A stretch of DNA of 32,000 nucleotides from the NCBI RefSeq assembly GCF_008065095.1, contig NZ_CP042911.1, positions 7,500,001-7,532,000 on the forward strand, in the 5' to 3' direction. The notes beneath the pieces were generated by a model. It was not told the origin of the DNA and did not search any database. It saw only the letters and a program-made list of their open reading frames with translations. Positions 16,485-25,314 of this stretch are shown here, in pieces. Made by a program: the position numbers and the translations under genes. The stretch is from Gemmata obscuriglobus. Its GTDB lineage: Bacteria; Planctomycetota; Planctomycetia; Gemmatales; Gemmataceae. The stretch's first letter is position 1. Every line of letters starts with the position of its first letter.

Positions 16485-18524
16485 CTATTTCTTATTCAGG
16501 TACTTATCGAACCAGGCCAGATCCCATTCCATCTTCGCGGTGCGGAACGAAAGTGCGCCCAGCCCGTGCGGCTGGTTCGGGTACACGCACAGTTGCGTCG
16601 GCACGTTCTTGTACTCCTTCAGCGCTCGATACAGCATCCGGCTGTGACCCGGCGGGCACCGATCGTCGTTCCCGCCGACGTGGATCAGCGTCGGCGTGGT
16701 GACGTTCCCCAGGCCGTAGATCGGCGAGGTCTTCTTGTAGATCCCGGGTTGCTCCCACGGCGTCCCCTTCTTGAACACCACCGGGTACGCCGGCTCGTCG
16801 TTGAACCCCCACTCGGCCACGGTGTCGAGGATGCCCGCGCCGCTCGACGCGGCCTTGATCTTCACCGGCGGGTCTTTCAGGGTGATGAGGCAGTTCGTGA
16901 GGTACCCGCCGTTGCTCCAGCCCATCACCGCGACCCGCTCGGGGTCCGCGACCCCCTCTTTGATGAGGTGCTCAATGCCGGCGATGATGTCCTTCACGTC
17001 CACGTCGTTCTCGTTGCCGATCAGGTCGGTGACGAACTTGTCGCCGTACCCGGTAGACCCGCGGTAGTTCGGGCACAGCACGGCGTACCCCGCGGCGGCG
17101 AAGTAGAGCCGGCCGTTGTGCGGGTCGAACCGCAGGTCGTTCGGGCTGGAGGTCGTCGGCCCGCCGTGGATCGCAACGACGAGCGGCAAAGGCTTGTCGC
17201 CCTTCTTCCAGCCGTAGGGCAGTTCCAGCGGCCCGCCGACTTCGGTACCGTCGGGCGCCTTCCACGCGATGTGTTTGACGCTCGGGAACTTCCAGTTCGC
17301 GGTGTGCGGGTTCGGGTCCACGAGCGTTTCGAGTTCGCCGGTCGCTTTGGCCTGCACCTTGAGCACCGGGAGCCCGTTCTGGCTACCGGCGATGACGGCC
17401 CGGAGCGGCGCGGTGGCGAAATGCACCGCGTACTCGACCGTCGACTCTTGGTAATCCGGTGGCGGAACGTGCGTCGCCCCGTCTTTCAACACGTAAGTGC
17501 GCACGTTGACCTGCCCTGCCCGCTCCTGCAGGTACGAAAGCGCGTCGTTACCGGTCCACTGGAGCGGGCTTCCGTATCCGTGGACGTGAACCCACCCTTC
17601 CGACCGCTCCGGACCGACCAGCTTCGTGCGATTCATCCGACCGGTCGTCCACTTTCCCTCGCCCCACTCACCAATGATGATCTCGGCCGGGTACGCGTCG
17701 TGGATCGCGCAGAACGCGAACCGGGTGCCCGCGGGATTCCACGCCAGCCCTTCGAGCCATGCATAGGGGCTCGCGGCCTTGGCCCGATACACGTCCGTCG
17801 GTGGGGTGGTCACCTTTCCGTCCTCCCACACGTCCACCCGCGATTCGCCTTCCGAGCGGATGACGGTGTCGTCGAGCGCGCTAACCATCGCAACCCGCTT
17901 GCCGTCCGTGGTGACGGCGAACTCGCGAATGTACCGGCCGTTCGCGAGGACCTCGCGCGGTTCCTCTTTCGGATCGATGCGGAGCAACTTACTCACGGTG
18001 CGTTTGTTGTGCCCGTACTCGATCTTGGCGAACTTCTCGCGCAGCTCGAGGAAATCGCCCTTGTCCGTGACCGTGTCATCGACCGTGTAGAAAACTGCAT
18101 CGGCCTTCGGGGCGTAGTCGTAGCCGATCACGCCACCCTTCGCGCTGGTGACCGCTTCGGGCGCGCCGTCGAGCGGAACCTTCCACACCTGAGCCTTGCC
18201 CTTGCGGTTCGCGAGGGCGTAGACGGCCTTCCCGTCGGCGGACCACTTCGGGTGCCGGTCGTTGGCGCGGTCGGTGGTGAGTTGCTTCGGCTTTCCCTTG
18301 CCGTCGGTGTCAACGACCCACAACTCGGTGGACCGGCGGTCGCCCTTTTTGTCCCACGTCGCCAGCGTGTACGCGACCTGCTTGCCGTCGGGCGAGAGCG
18401 CGATTTCGGTGATGGTGTTCACGCCGGCGTAATCGGCGGGGGTGATGTCGTGGGTGCGCTCGGGCGCGGCCGATAGGTTGCCGACCGCCACAACGAACAA
18501 ACATAAAGCGAGCACGCGACGCAT
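16485..18524 (-). CDS. S9-family serine peptidase (prolyl oligopeptidase / acylaminoacyl peptidase type) with N-terminal beta-propeller
   Basis: The real start is ATG 18524 (GAGGAGA upstream; signal MRRVLALCLFVVAVGNLSAAP). GWSNGGY is the catalytic Ser motif, with C-terminal GGNDDRCP and HG. The longer track ORF start translates an upstream repeat. Confidence 0.85.
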   Translation of the reverse strand: MRRVLALCLFVVAVGNLSAAPERTHDITPADYAGVNTITEIALSPDGKQVAYTLATWDKKGDRRSTELWVVDTDGKGKPKQLTTDRANDRHPKWSADGKAVYALANRKGKAQVWKVPLDGAPEAVTSAKGGVIGYDYAPKADAVFYTVDDTVTDKGDFLELREKFAKIEYGHNKRTVSKLLRIDPKEEPREVLANGRYIREFAVTTDGKRVAMVSALDDTVIRSEGESRVDVWEDGKVTTPPTDVYRAKAASPYAWLEGLAWNPAGTRFAFCAIHDAYPAEIIIGEWGEGKWTTGRMNRTKLVGPERSEGWVHVHGYGSPLQWTGNDALSYLQERAGQVNVRTYVLKDGATHVPPPDYQESTVEYAVHFATAPLRAVIAGSQNGLPVLKVQAKATGELETLVDPNPHTANWKFPSVKHIAWKAPDGTEVGGPLELPYGWKKGDKPLPLVVAIHGGPTTSSPNDLRFDPHNGRLYFAAAGYAVLCPNYRGSTGYGDKFVTDLIGNENDVDVKDIIAGIEHLIKEGVADPERVAVMGWSNGGYLTNCLITLKDPPVKIKAASSGAGILDTVAEWGFNDEPAYPVVFKKGTPWEQPGIYKKTSPIYGLGNVTTPTLIHVGGNDDRCPPGHSRMLYRALKEYKNVPTQLCVYPNQPHGLGALSFRTAKMEWDLAWFDKYLNKK

Positions 18525-18585
18525 TGGCTCTCCTCGCGGATTGTGGGGATGAATTGGAACCGTGCGCGGGGAGGGAATCAAGACA

Positions 18586-18716
18586 AAGAGGATGGCCGCA
18601 AAAAAGCACAAAAAGCACAAAAAGCACAAAAGGAAGCAGAGAACGAAAGCACAGGAATAAGCCCAACCACTCCTCCGCCCTGCCTCTCTTTTGTGCTTCT
18701 TTGCGGCCATCCTCTT
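18586..18716 (-). terminator. long hairpin after the response-regulator gene, with a 9-bp tandem repeat in one arm
   Basis: Arms 18586-18614 and 18688-18716 pair at 28/29 positions (AAGAGGATGGCCGCAAA[A/G]AAGCACAAAAG). GCACAAAAA is repeated about 3 times at 18606-18631. Confidence 0.6.
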
Positions 18717-18722
18717 CGCCGG

Positions 18723-20150
<1,428 letters not shown>

Positions 20151-20229
20151 GTGTCCCGCGAGTGCCCGTGTCGCGCCGTGAATGGTTCCATCATACACGA
20201 CGGATGACACGGCCCACGACAACCGCGAT

Positions 20230-21054
20230 TTATGGGTCCGTGCACCAAACAACCTTTTCGAATCGCGCATCGAACCGGCGCCGCAATCGAGCGAGATAGA
20301 TGGCGGACGTGTCGATGTCTGCCGTCAAGCACCCGGCGGAGCCGATGCGCGGTCCGTTCGAATCGAACACGTTCAGCCGAACCTCTCGGAGGCGGGGGAA
20401 GCGATCAGGGGCAAGCAACTGTTCGGCGTACCGACTCGACAGGCCAAGGGCGCTGAGATCGAGCACTTCGAGGTTCGTCAGCCGCGGCGAAGCGATGAGC
20501 TGCCAACAGCCGAGCCTGCGGGGCCGGTCTCCCCCTACCACCCTCAGACGACGCAAGCGGAACAACCGGAGGATGTCCGGTTCTTCGCCTTCGTCATGAT
20601 CAGAATGCAGCGGCTCCTCACTATCGTTTTCGTCATCGTCGTACTCATCTTCTGGATCGGACGAGAGCGTTGTTTCGGGTAGCGGCAGCCACGGCCAACA
20701 AGAAATGCCGTAGCGTGCGAGTTGATCGCAGGTAAGGCCCAGGCGATTCCCGAGGAACCCACGGTGAAAATGCGTCGCATCGAGTCGGGCGCCATTGCGC
20801 AGGTCCCAATCGTCCCGGGTCGCTGGCCACCATTCTTCGTCCAAGCGCGTCCACACCCGGCCGATCTCCTCCCACAACCGGTTCGCCTCGTCGCTCCAAA
20901 GCGGGTGACGGGCCGCGGCGCACTGCAACCGAATGAACTGCGCATACGCCTCCTGGCCGTGCTCCTGGAGCCAGTCGGCGTAAACGAGGCGCGGCGTGTC
21001 GTCGTCCGGGGCGTCAAAGATCGCGTCCAGGAGCGCGTCGGCATCGGGATGCAT
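20230..21054 (-). CDS. TIGR02996-type (Gemmata repeat-companion domain) protein with acidic insert and leucine-rich C-terminal part
   Basis: The N-terminus LLDAIFDAPDDDTPRLVYADWLQEHG is the hallmark of TIGR02996. There is an acidic run DPEDEYDDDENDSEE. The C-terminus is LRR-like (LTNLEVLDLSALGL). Confidence 0.75.
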   Translation of the reverse strand: MHPDADALLDAIFDAPDDDTPRLVYADWLQEHGQEAYAQFIRLQCAAARHPLWSDEANRLWEEIGRVWTRLDEEWWPATRDDWDLRNGARLDATHFHRGFLGNRLGLTCDQLARYGISCWPWLPLPETTLSSDPEDEYDDDENDSEEPLHSDHDEGEEPDILRLFRLRRLRVVGGDRPRRLGCWQLIASPRLTNLEVLDLSALGLSSRYAEQLLAPDRFPRLREVRLNVFDSNGPRIGSAGCLTADIDTSAIYLARLRRRFDARFEKVVWCTDP

Positions 21055-21066
21055 GGCGAACTCCCG

Positions 21067-21852
21067 TTACACGCCTGCCGGGGCCGCGTAGGTGCGGTGC
21101 TGGCACACGTACTTGAAGCCGATGCGCTCGTACAGCTGCCGGCTCTTCGGGCCGGATCGCAGGGCCGCGTTATCGCATCCCTGCGAGGCGGCGTGTGCGA
21201 GCGCCGCCCGCGACACCGCCGCACCGTAACCGCGACCGCGATAGGGTTCGAGTGTCGCGACGCCCCAGAGCACCGCCGTCGAACCGGCCCGAGAGTACGC
21301 GGCAGCGGCCACGTCGATACCACCCGCAGAACCGATGAAGATCGCGATGTCGGGATCGAACATGAAGTTCACGGACGGCACCATCAGGTCGGCGAACTCC
21401 GGGGGAGCCTGGAACGCCGCCGCGGTGAGGGCCTTGTACACGTCCGCGCCCACCTGCCCTTCCGCTCTGCGAATCGTCAGGTCCGGTGGTACGGGGTGAG
21501 TGCCGATCGAATCGAGCGCCGGCAGCACGTAGGCCGGTTCGTCTTCATCGACCGCCCACCCGCGGGCGCGGAGTTCGGCCTCCATCGGGTGCCCCGCGTT
21601 GCCTTCCACCAGCACGCCCCATCCGGCAGCGCTGTCGGCGAAGAAATCCCGCGCCACCGGGAGCAGTTCGTTCAGGGACGGCGCGGAAGGGCGCAGCACC
21701 GCGGCGAAGTTGAAGCCCGGCCCCGGGAGTTCGCTCGCGACGAACGCGACGCCTTCCCACACACGAAACCGCCCACGCTTGTAATGCTTCAGGTACGGCG
21801 CTTCGGTCAGGCACAGCGCGGCGTGCGCGGTCTCTTTGAGGTCGGGCGTCAT
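21067..21852 (-). CDS. GNAT-family N-acetyltransferase
   Basis: VATLEPYRGRGYGAAVSRAALAHA is an acetyl-CoA-binding R/Q-x-x-G-x-G/A motif. Length is 261 aa. Confidence 0.7.
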   Translation of the reverse strand: MTPDLKETAHAALCLTEAPYLKHYKRGRFRVWEGVAFVASELPGPGFNFAAVLRPSAPSLNELLPVARDFFADSAAGWGVLVEGNAGHPMEAELRARGWAVDEDEPAYVLPALDSIGTHPVPPDLTIRRAEGQVGADVYKALTAAAFQAPPEFADLMVPSVNFMFDPDIAIFIGSAGGIDVAAAAYSRAGSTAVLWGVATLEPYRGRGYGAAVSRAALAHAASQGCDNAALRSGPKSRQLYERIGFKYVCQHRTYAAPAGV

Positions 21853-21998
21853 TCCGGCTCCTGTCGCTTCCCGCGAGTTGTTGCTTGGGATCTCGACCCC
21901 TCACTTGTCGCCAGGGCGCCAAGGCTTCACGCCCCAGGCTGCGCGTAACCCTCTCATACACGAACCGGCTGTTGGTGTCCGTTTTGGTTTTTGCCTTT

Positions 21999-22062
21999 GT
22001 GGCACAGACATTCCTGTCTGTACAGCGCGAGAAGGCCGCACAGACAGGAATGTCTGTGCCAC
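21999..22062. repeat. 23-bp perfect inverted repeat whose arms are themselves palindromic (CAGACA-N4-TGTCTG)
   Basis: Arms 21999-22021 and 22040-22062 pair at 23/23 positions; the loop is 18 nt. Each arm contains TGGCACAGACATTCCTG. Confidence 0.8.
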
Positions 22063-22205
22063 GAAAAACAGACACACCAGTCGGACCCTGAATCAGAAAC
22101 TCAACCCTACGATCGAAAACCCAGGTACTTCCGCGGCTTCTTTGGCCCGGCCGCGCGGTCCGCATGTGCGGATTGTGCGGGCGATTCGTCGGCATCAACC
22201 CGCCC

Positions 22206-22252
22206 GCGAGTGGGTAGCGAACAGGTAGCGAGTGGGTAGCGGGCGGGGTAGC
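22206..22252. repeat. four GGTAGC(G) motifs at 11-12 bp spacing, including a 14-mer direct repeat
   Basis: GCGAGTGGGTAGCG occurs at 22206-22219 and 22228-22241. GGTAGC starts at 22213, 22224, 22235 and 22247. Confidence 0.6.
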
Positions 22253-22324
22253 TCCAGTCCCGCTACTGTCCCGTCGGCGCCCCGTTAGCGGCGCTGTAAC
22301 ACCCGTTACACCCCATGCTCCCCG

Positions 22325-22450
22325 AGCCCCCCCCGGCCCTCTCCCTGAGGGGAGAGGGGAGAAGACACGCTGGCCGCGGCTCGCGAATCGAATACGGGGG
22401 GCGCGGCATCCTCTCCCCCTCCCTTCAGGGAGGGGGCCGGGGGGTGGGTC
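22325..22450. repeat. intergenic copy of the GC-rich palindromic repeat element
   Basis: Cores are 22337-22358 CCCTCTCCCTGAGGGGAGAGGG and 22415-22436 CCCCCTCCCTTCAGGGAGGGGG, followed by CCGGGGGGTGGGTC. It shares GAATACGGGGGGCG with the GT39 copy and GGGGGCYGGGGGGTGGGT with the helicase copies. Confidence 0.75.
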
Positions 22451-22515
22451 AACGCACCGCGCACCGAACACCCTCGCCTCGATAGTTGCAGATGGCTCGT
22501 GCGTCGGAGCCGGTA

Positions 22516-24816
22516 TCACTCGGTTTCCTCCCAGACGCTGTTCAACGCGCCGATCTGCTCGAAGTACGTGAGCATCCGCTGATAAAACGGGTCGCTCGCC
22601 AGTGTCGCGCTGTCGCCGATCACCAGCAGCTTGCGCCGGGCGCGGGTGAACGCCACGTTCGTGCGCCGGGTGTCGGACAGGAACCCGATCTCGCCCTCGT
22701 TGTTGGAGCGCACCAGCGAAACAACGATCGCCTCTTTCTCGCGCCCCTGGAAGCCGTCCACGCTGTCGATCTCCAGCCCCGGAACGTCGGCGAGCTTCTC
22801 GCGCAGCAGCCGCACTTGCGCCCGGTACGGCGTAATCAGTCCGATCTGCGAAGGCGCTATCCCCAGCGCGAGTAACGCACGGACCTTCTTCACCGCAAGT
22901 GTGGCCTCTTGCGCGTTGAAGCGGCTCCCGGTGTCTTCTTCCAGTTCCTCGTCGTAACTCGCGCCGGCCGTGTCGATGAACTGCACCGGCGTTTCGGTGA
23001 GCGGGTCACGCGCGACACCCGGCAGATGGCAGAGCAGGTGCGCGGCGACGCTCTCGTGCGCAACCAGTTGGCTGTCATAGAACTCGCCATTGGAGAACCC
23101 CATCACGGCCGCGTGCATCCGGTGCTGGACCGTGAGCAGCCGCGACGCGCCCGGCCCGAACTGTCGCACCAGCCGCTCCATCAGGCTGACCGAGAGCCCG
23201 CGCTCCGCGGCCTCGGGCGAAAGGACGGTCGGCGGGAGCTGGCAGTGGTCCCCGGCGAGTACGACCTTGTTCGCGCGCAACAGCGGGACCCACGCCGCAG
23301 GTTCGGTTGATTGACACGCCTCGTCGATCACCACCACGTCGAACCGGCGCTGACCGAGCAACTGGCTGTCGAGCCCGGTGAGCGTGGCGCACACGACCCT
23401 CGCCTCGTCGAGCACGCGCTCCGTGGCGCTGGCTTCGAGCCGCCGCACCTCGGTGAGCATCTCGCGGGCTTCTTTCCGGAGCGCGGCCTTTTCGCCGGGT
23501 TGCGGCTTTTCGCGGGTCCACTTGTCCGCCTGCCGGAACAGCGCGAACGCCTCGCGGGCCACCTTGCGCGCCTGGCGTGCGTCCGGGTGCTTCTCGGCGA
23601 GAATGTCGATGGCCCGGGCGCGAAGCTCCGGCATCACCCGCGCCGGGTGGCCGAGCCGCACCGGGAGTTCGCCCACACCGAGCAACTTTTCGAGGAGGTT
23701 ATCGACCGCGTGGTTGCTGGGCGCGCACGCCAGAACCTTATCGCCGCGGGCGACCAGTTTGCGGATGAACTCGACAACGGTCGTGGTTTTTCCGGTGCCG
23801 GGCGGCCCGTGGATGATGGCGAAGTCCGGCGCCGCCAGTGCGAACGCGACCGCGTCGCGCTGCGGCTCGTTGAGGGTGGAAGGCGACCTACCCCCAGCCC
23901 CTCCCTGAAGGGAGGGGGGAGAACTCGCTCCAGAAACGGATGGCGTATCGGACGTGGTTGGCGGTTCGTCTTCACTCCCCATCCCTTCAGGGAGGGGGCT
24001 GGGGGGTGGGTTGTCTTCACTCCCTTCAGGGAGGGGGCCGCCTTCCTCCCCCTTCCCTTTAGGGAGGGGGGCCGGGGGGGTAGGTCGTTCCCCCAGCAGC
24101 ACCTCGCGCAGTTGGGCGAGCCGGTCGCCGGTGGCGCTCGCGGCGCGGCGCAGCGCGTCCTGCTGGCGTAAACGTGACACCTCGTCGGGCGACAGGTCGA
24201 GCCGCCAGACCGCCTCGTCCGGCAGGTCGTCGTCCGGCGGGTCGATCGCCACGCCGATCGTGGCCGTGTCGCGGTCGTAGATCACGCCGCGGTACGACGG
24301 CACCCGGCGGTTCACGTTCGTCTGGCTGAGGAGCACCGGCGCCCCGGGGCCGAGGCGGGACGGCGGGAGCGGTTCGTTGAGCGTTTTGCGGCCGAAGGTG
24401 AGCAGCAACCGGCCGCCGAGCCCGAATTCCGAGTCGCGCAGGACGAGTTTTGTCAGCGTCGAGCCGTCGCCGACGGGCGAGCCCTCTTCGGCCTGCGCGC
24501 GGCGTCGGGCCTCTTCCTGTTCGGCCTTGGCTTCCAGGTCCAGCAGGTGCGACAGGTTGGAAAGGTGGTTCGCGTCGGTGAAGTCCGCTTTGCCCGCGAA
24601 CCGCACCCGCACCGGCTTGGCTTGAAGTGTCGCGCCGTCCAGCGCGTTCACGATCGCGGCGGCTTTGCCGTCGGGCACCTCGACCGTGGCCCCCCGGCCC
24701 ACGAACGCGATCTTCCCGACGTGCTTCGAGTCGATCTTCCCACCGCCGCAGACGAACGCGAGAACGACCCCGGGCGGGCACCGCGGCGGAACCGGGTCGA
24801 TGTGGATCAGGGCCAT
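22516..24816 (-). CDS. Upf1/IGHMBP2-like superfamily-1 helicase with N-terminal DbpA-like RNA-binding domain
   Basis: Start is ATG 24816 (or GTG 24828). Helicase motifs: IIHGPPGTGKTTT, VVIDEACQ, LAGDHCQLPPTV, TVQHRMH, VDGFQGREKEAIVVSLVRSN, RRTNVAFTRARRKL. The N-terminus GKIAFVGRGATVEVPDGKAAAIVNALDGATLQAKPVRV resembles a DbpA domain. Confidence 0.85.
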   Translation of the reverse strand: MALIHIDPVPPRCPPGVVLAFVCGGGKIDSKHVGKIAFVGRGATVEVPDGKAAAIVNALDGATLQAKPVRVRFAGKADFTDANHLSNLSHLLDLEAKAEQEEARRRAQAEEGSPVGDGSTLTKLVLRDSEFGLGGRLLLTFGRKTLNEPLPPSRLGPGAPVLLSQTNVNRRVPSYRGVIYDRDTATIGVAIDPPDDDLPDEAVWRLDLSPDEVSRLRQQDALRRAASATGDRLAQLREVLLGERPTPPAPLPKGKGEEGGPLPEGSEDNPPPSPLPEGMGSEDEPPTTSDTPSVSGASSPPSLQGGAGGRSPSTLNEPQRDAVAFALAAPDFAIIHGPPGTGKTTTVVEFIRKLVARGDKVLACAPSNHAVDNLLEKLLGVGELPVRLGHPARVMPELRARAIDILAEKHPDARQARKVAREAFALFRQADKWTREKPQPGEKAALRKEAREMLTEVRRLEASATERVLDEARVVCATLTGLDSQLLGQRRFDVVVIDEACQSTEPAAWVPLLRANKVVLAGDHCQLPPTVLSPEAAERGLSVSLMERLVRQFGPGASRLLTVQHRMHAAVMGFSNGEFYDSQLVAHESVAAHLLCHLPGVARDPLTETPVQFIDTAGASYDEELEEDTGSRFNAQEATLAVKKVRALLALGIAPSQIGLITPYRAQVRLLREKLADVPGLEIDSVDGFQGREKEAIVVSLVRSNNEGEIGFLSDTRRTNVAFTRARRKLLVIGDSATLASDPFYQRMLTYFEQIGALNSVWEETE
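23886..24085. repeat. cluster of four GC-rich palindromic repeat units, in frame inside the helicase gene
   Basis: Hairpin cores lie at 23898-23917 (CCCCTCCC TGAA GGGAGGGG), 23977-23998, 24020-24033 and 24048-24070. The segment encodes PLPKGKGEEGGPLPEGSEDNPPPSPLPEGMGSEDEPPTTSDTPSVSGASSPPSLQGGAGGRSP, just upstream of the Walker A region. Confidence 0.8.
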
Positions 24817-24879
24817 GTGCTGGGTCACGGGCGCGAAGGTTGGTGTTCGCGTCCATGATACCAGCCGCGGGCGGCGGGT

Positions 24880-25107
24880 TCAGTGCGAGTAGCTGTTCCC
24901 GACCGCCATGTACCGCCAGTGCCGAGGCTGGTTCGTGCGGTACCGGTTGGCCGCGTCGTCGCGGGTCTCCTCGTCGTATTCGGCTTCTTCCGAAGAAATC
25001 GGTTCGAACCCGTGCGCCGTTACCGGCTGGTCCCCGGACCGCGCGTACCCCCACACGCACAGCCCGCACGCCAGCGCCACCGCGATCAGCATGCGTCGCC
25101 CACTCAT
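24880..25107 (-). CDS. small exported or membrane-anchored protein, unknown function
   Basis: ATG at 25107 gives MSGRRMLIAVALACGLCVWGYA, then an acidic/polar tail. GGGGGGAG precedes the ATG. Third-position GC is high, as in neighbouring genes. Confidence 0.5.
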   Translation of the reverse strand: MSGRRMLIAVALACGLCVWGYARSGDQPVTAHGFEPISSEEAEYDEETRDDAANRYRTNQPRHWRYMAVGNSYSH

Positions 25108-25218
25108 TCCGCTCCCCCCAACGCTTCCTGCGTCACTTGGGGGGCTCATAGCGTTGGGGCGGGCGTGAGTCAACGGTCTAAATGCTCATACATGAACCCG
25201 CAATGGGTATCACGTTTG

Positions 25219-25285
25219 TTGACGAGCCGCGACCGCCAGGGAGCGGTGCCACGTACCCCGCTCCCTGGCGGTCGCGGCTCGTCAA
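25219..25285 (-). terminator. 28-bp perfect hairpin after the NIF3 gene
   Basis: Arms 25219-25246 and 25258-25285 pair at 28/28 positions; the loop is 11 nt. It starts 30 nt below the NIF3 stop. Confidence 0.65.
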
Positions 25286-25314
25286 GAACGCGGCACTACC
25301 GCCGGGCACGTGCA

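Noticed and set aside
16566-18476. Long antisense ORFs: 16566..18476 (+), 18543..20147 (+), 20722..21948 (+), 24883..26421 (+), 25595..27268 (-), 28422..30191 (+), 5942..7063 (+), 7136..8491 (+), 3409..4398 (-), 4326..5267 (-), 26583..27728 (-), 31148..31855 (+)
   Set aside because: Each lies opposite a gene with clear family motifs, has Arg/Pro/Gly/Ala/His-dominated composition, and has no recognisable domain. They are GC-driven stop-codon-poor frames.
18525-18710. Upstream extension of the S9 peptidase ORF (MAAKKHKREAGRR...CFLLCFLCFLCFF...)
   Set aside because: The extension is the translation of the 9-bp tandem repeat and hairpin arm. ATG 18524 has a GAGGAGA RBS and starts a normal signal peptide.
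21545-22519. 324-aa minus-strand ORF, plus ORFs 21836..22228, 21885..22091 and 21991..22239 in the helicase-GNAT gap
   Set aside because: They are built from the palindromic repeats and hairpin arms (PLPEGRGRG, SPLPSGRGPGG), overlap the GNAT gene out of frame, and have no start context. I treat the region as non-coding.
23886-24085. Possibility that the repeated hairpins here, or at 28249-28555, form a CRISPR array
   Set aside because: The units occur in both orientations, spacing is irregular, and the 28-kb hairpins are unrelated to each other. There are no constant repeat/spacer periodicity and no cas genes in the window. The 23.9-kb cluster lies inside an open reading frame.
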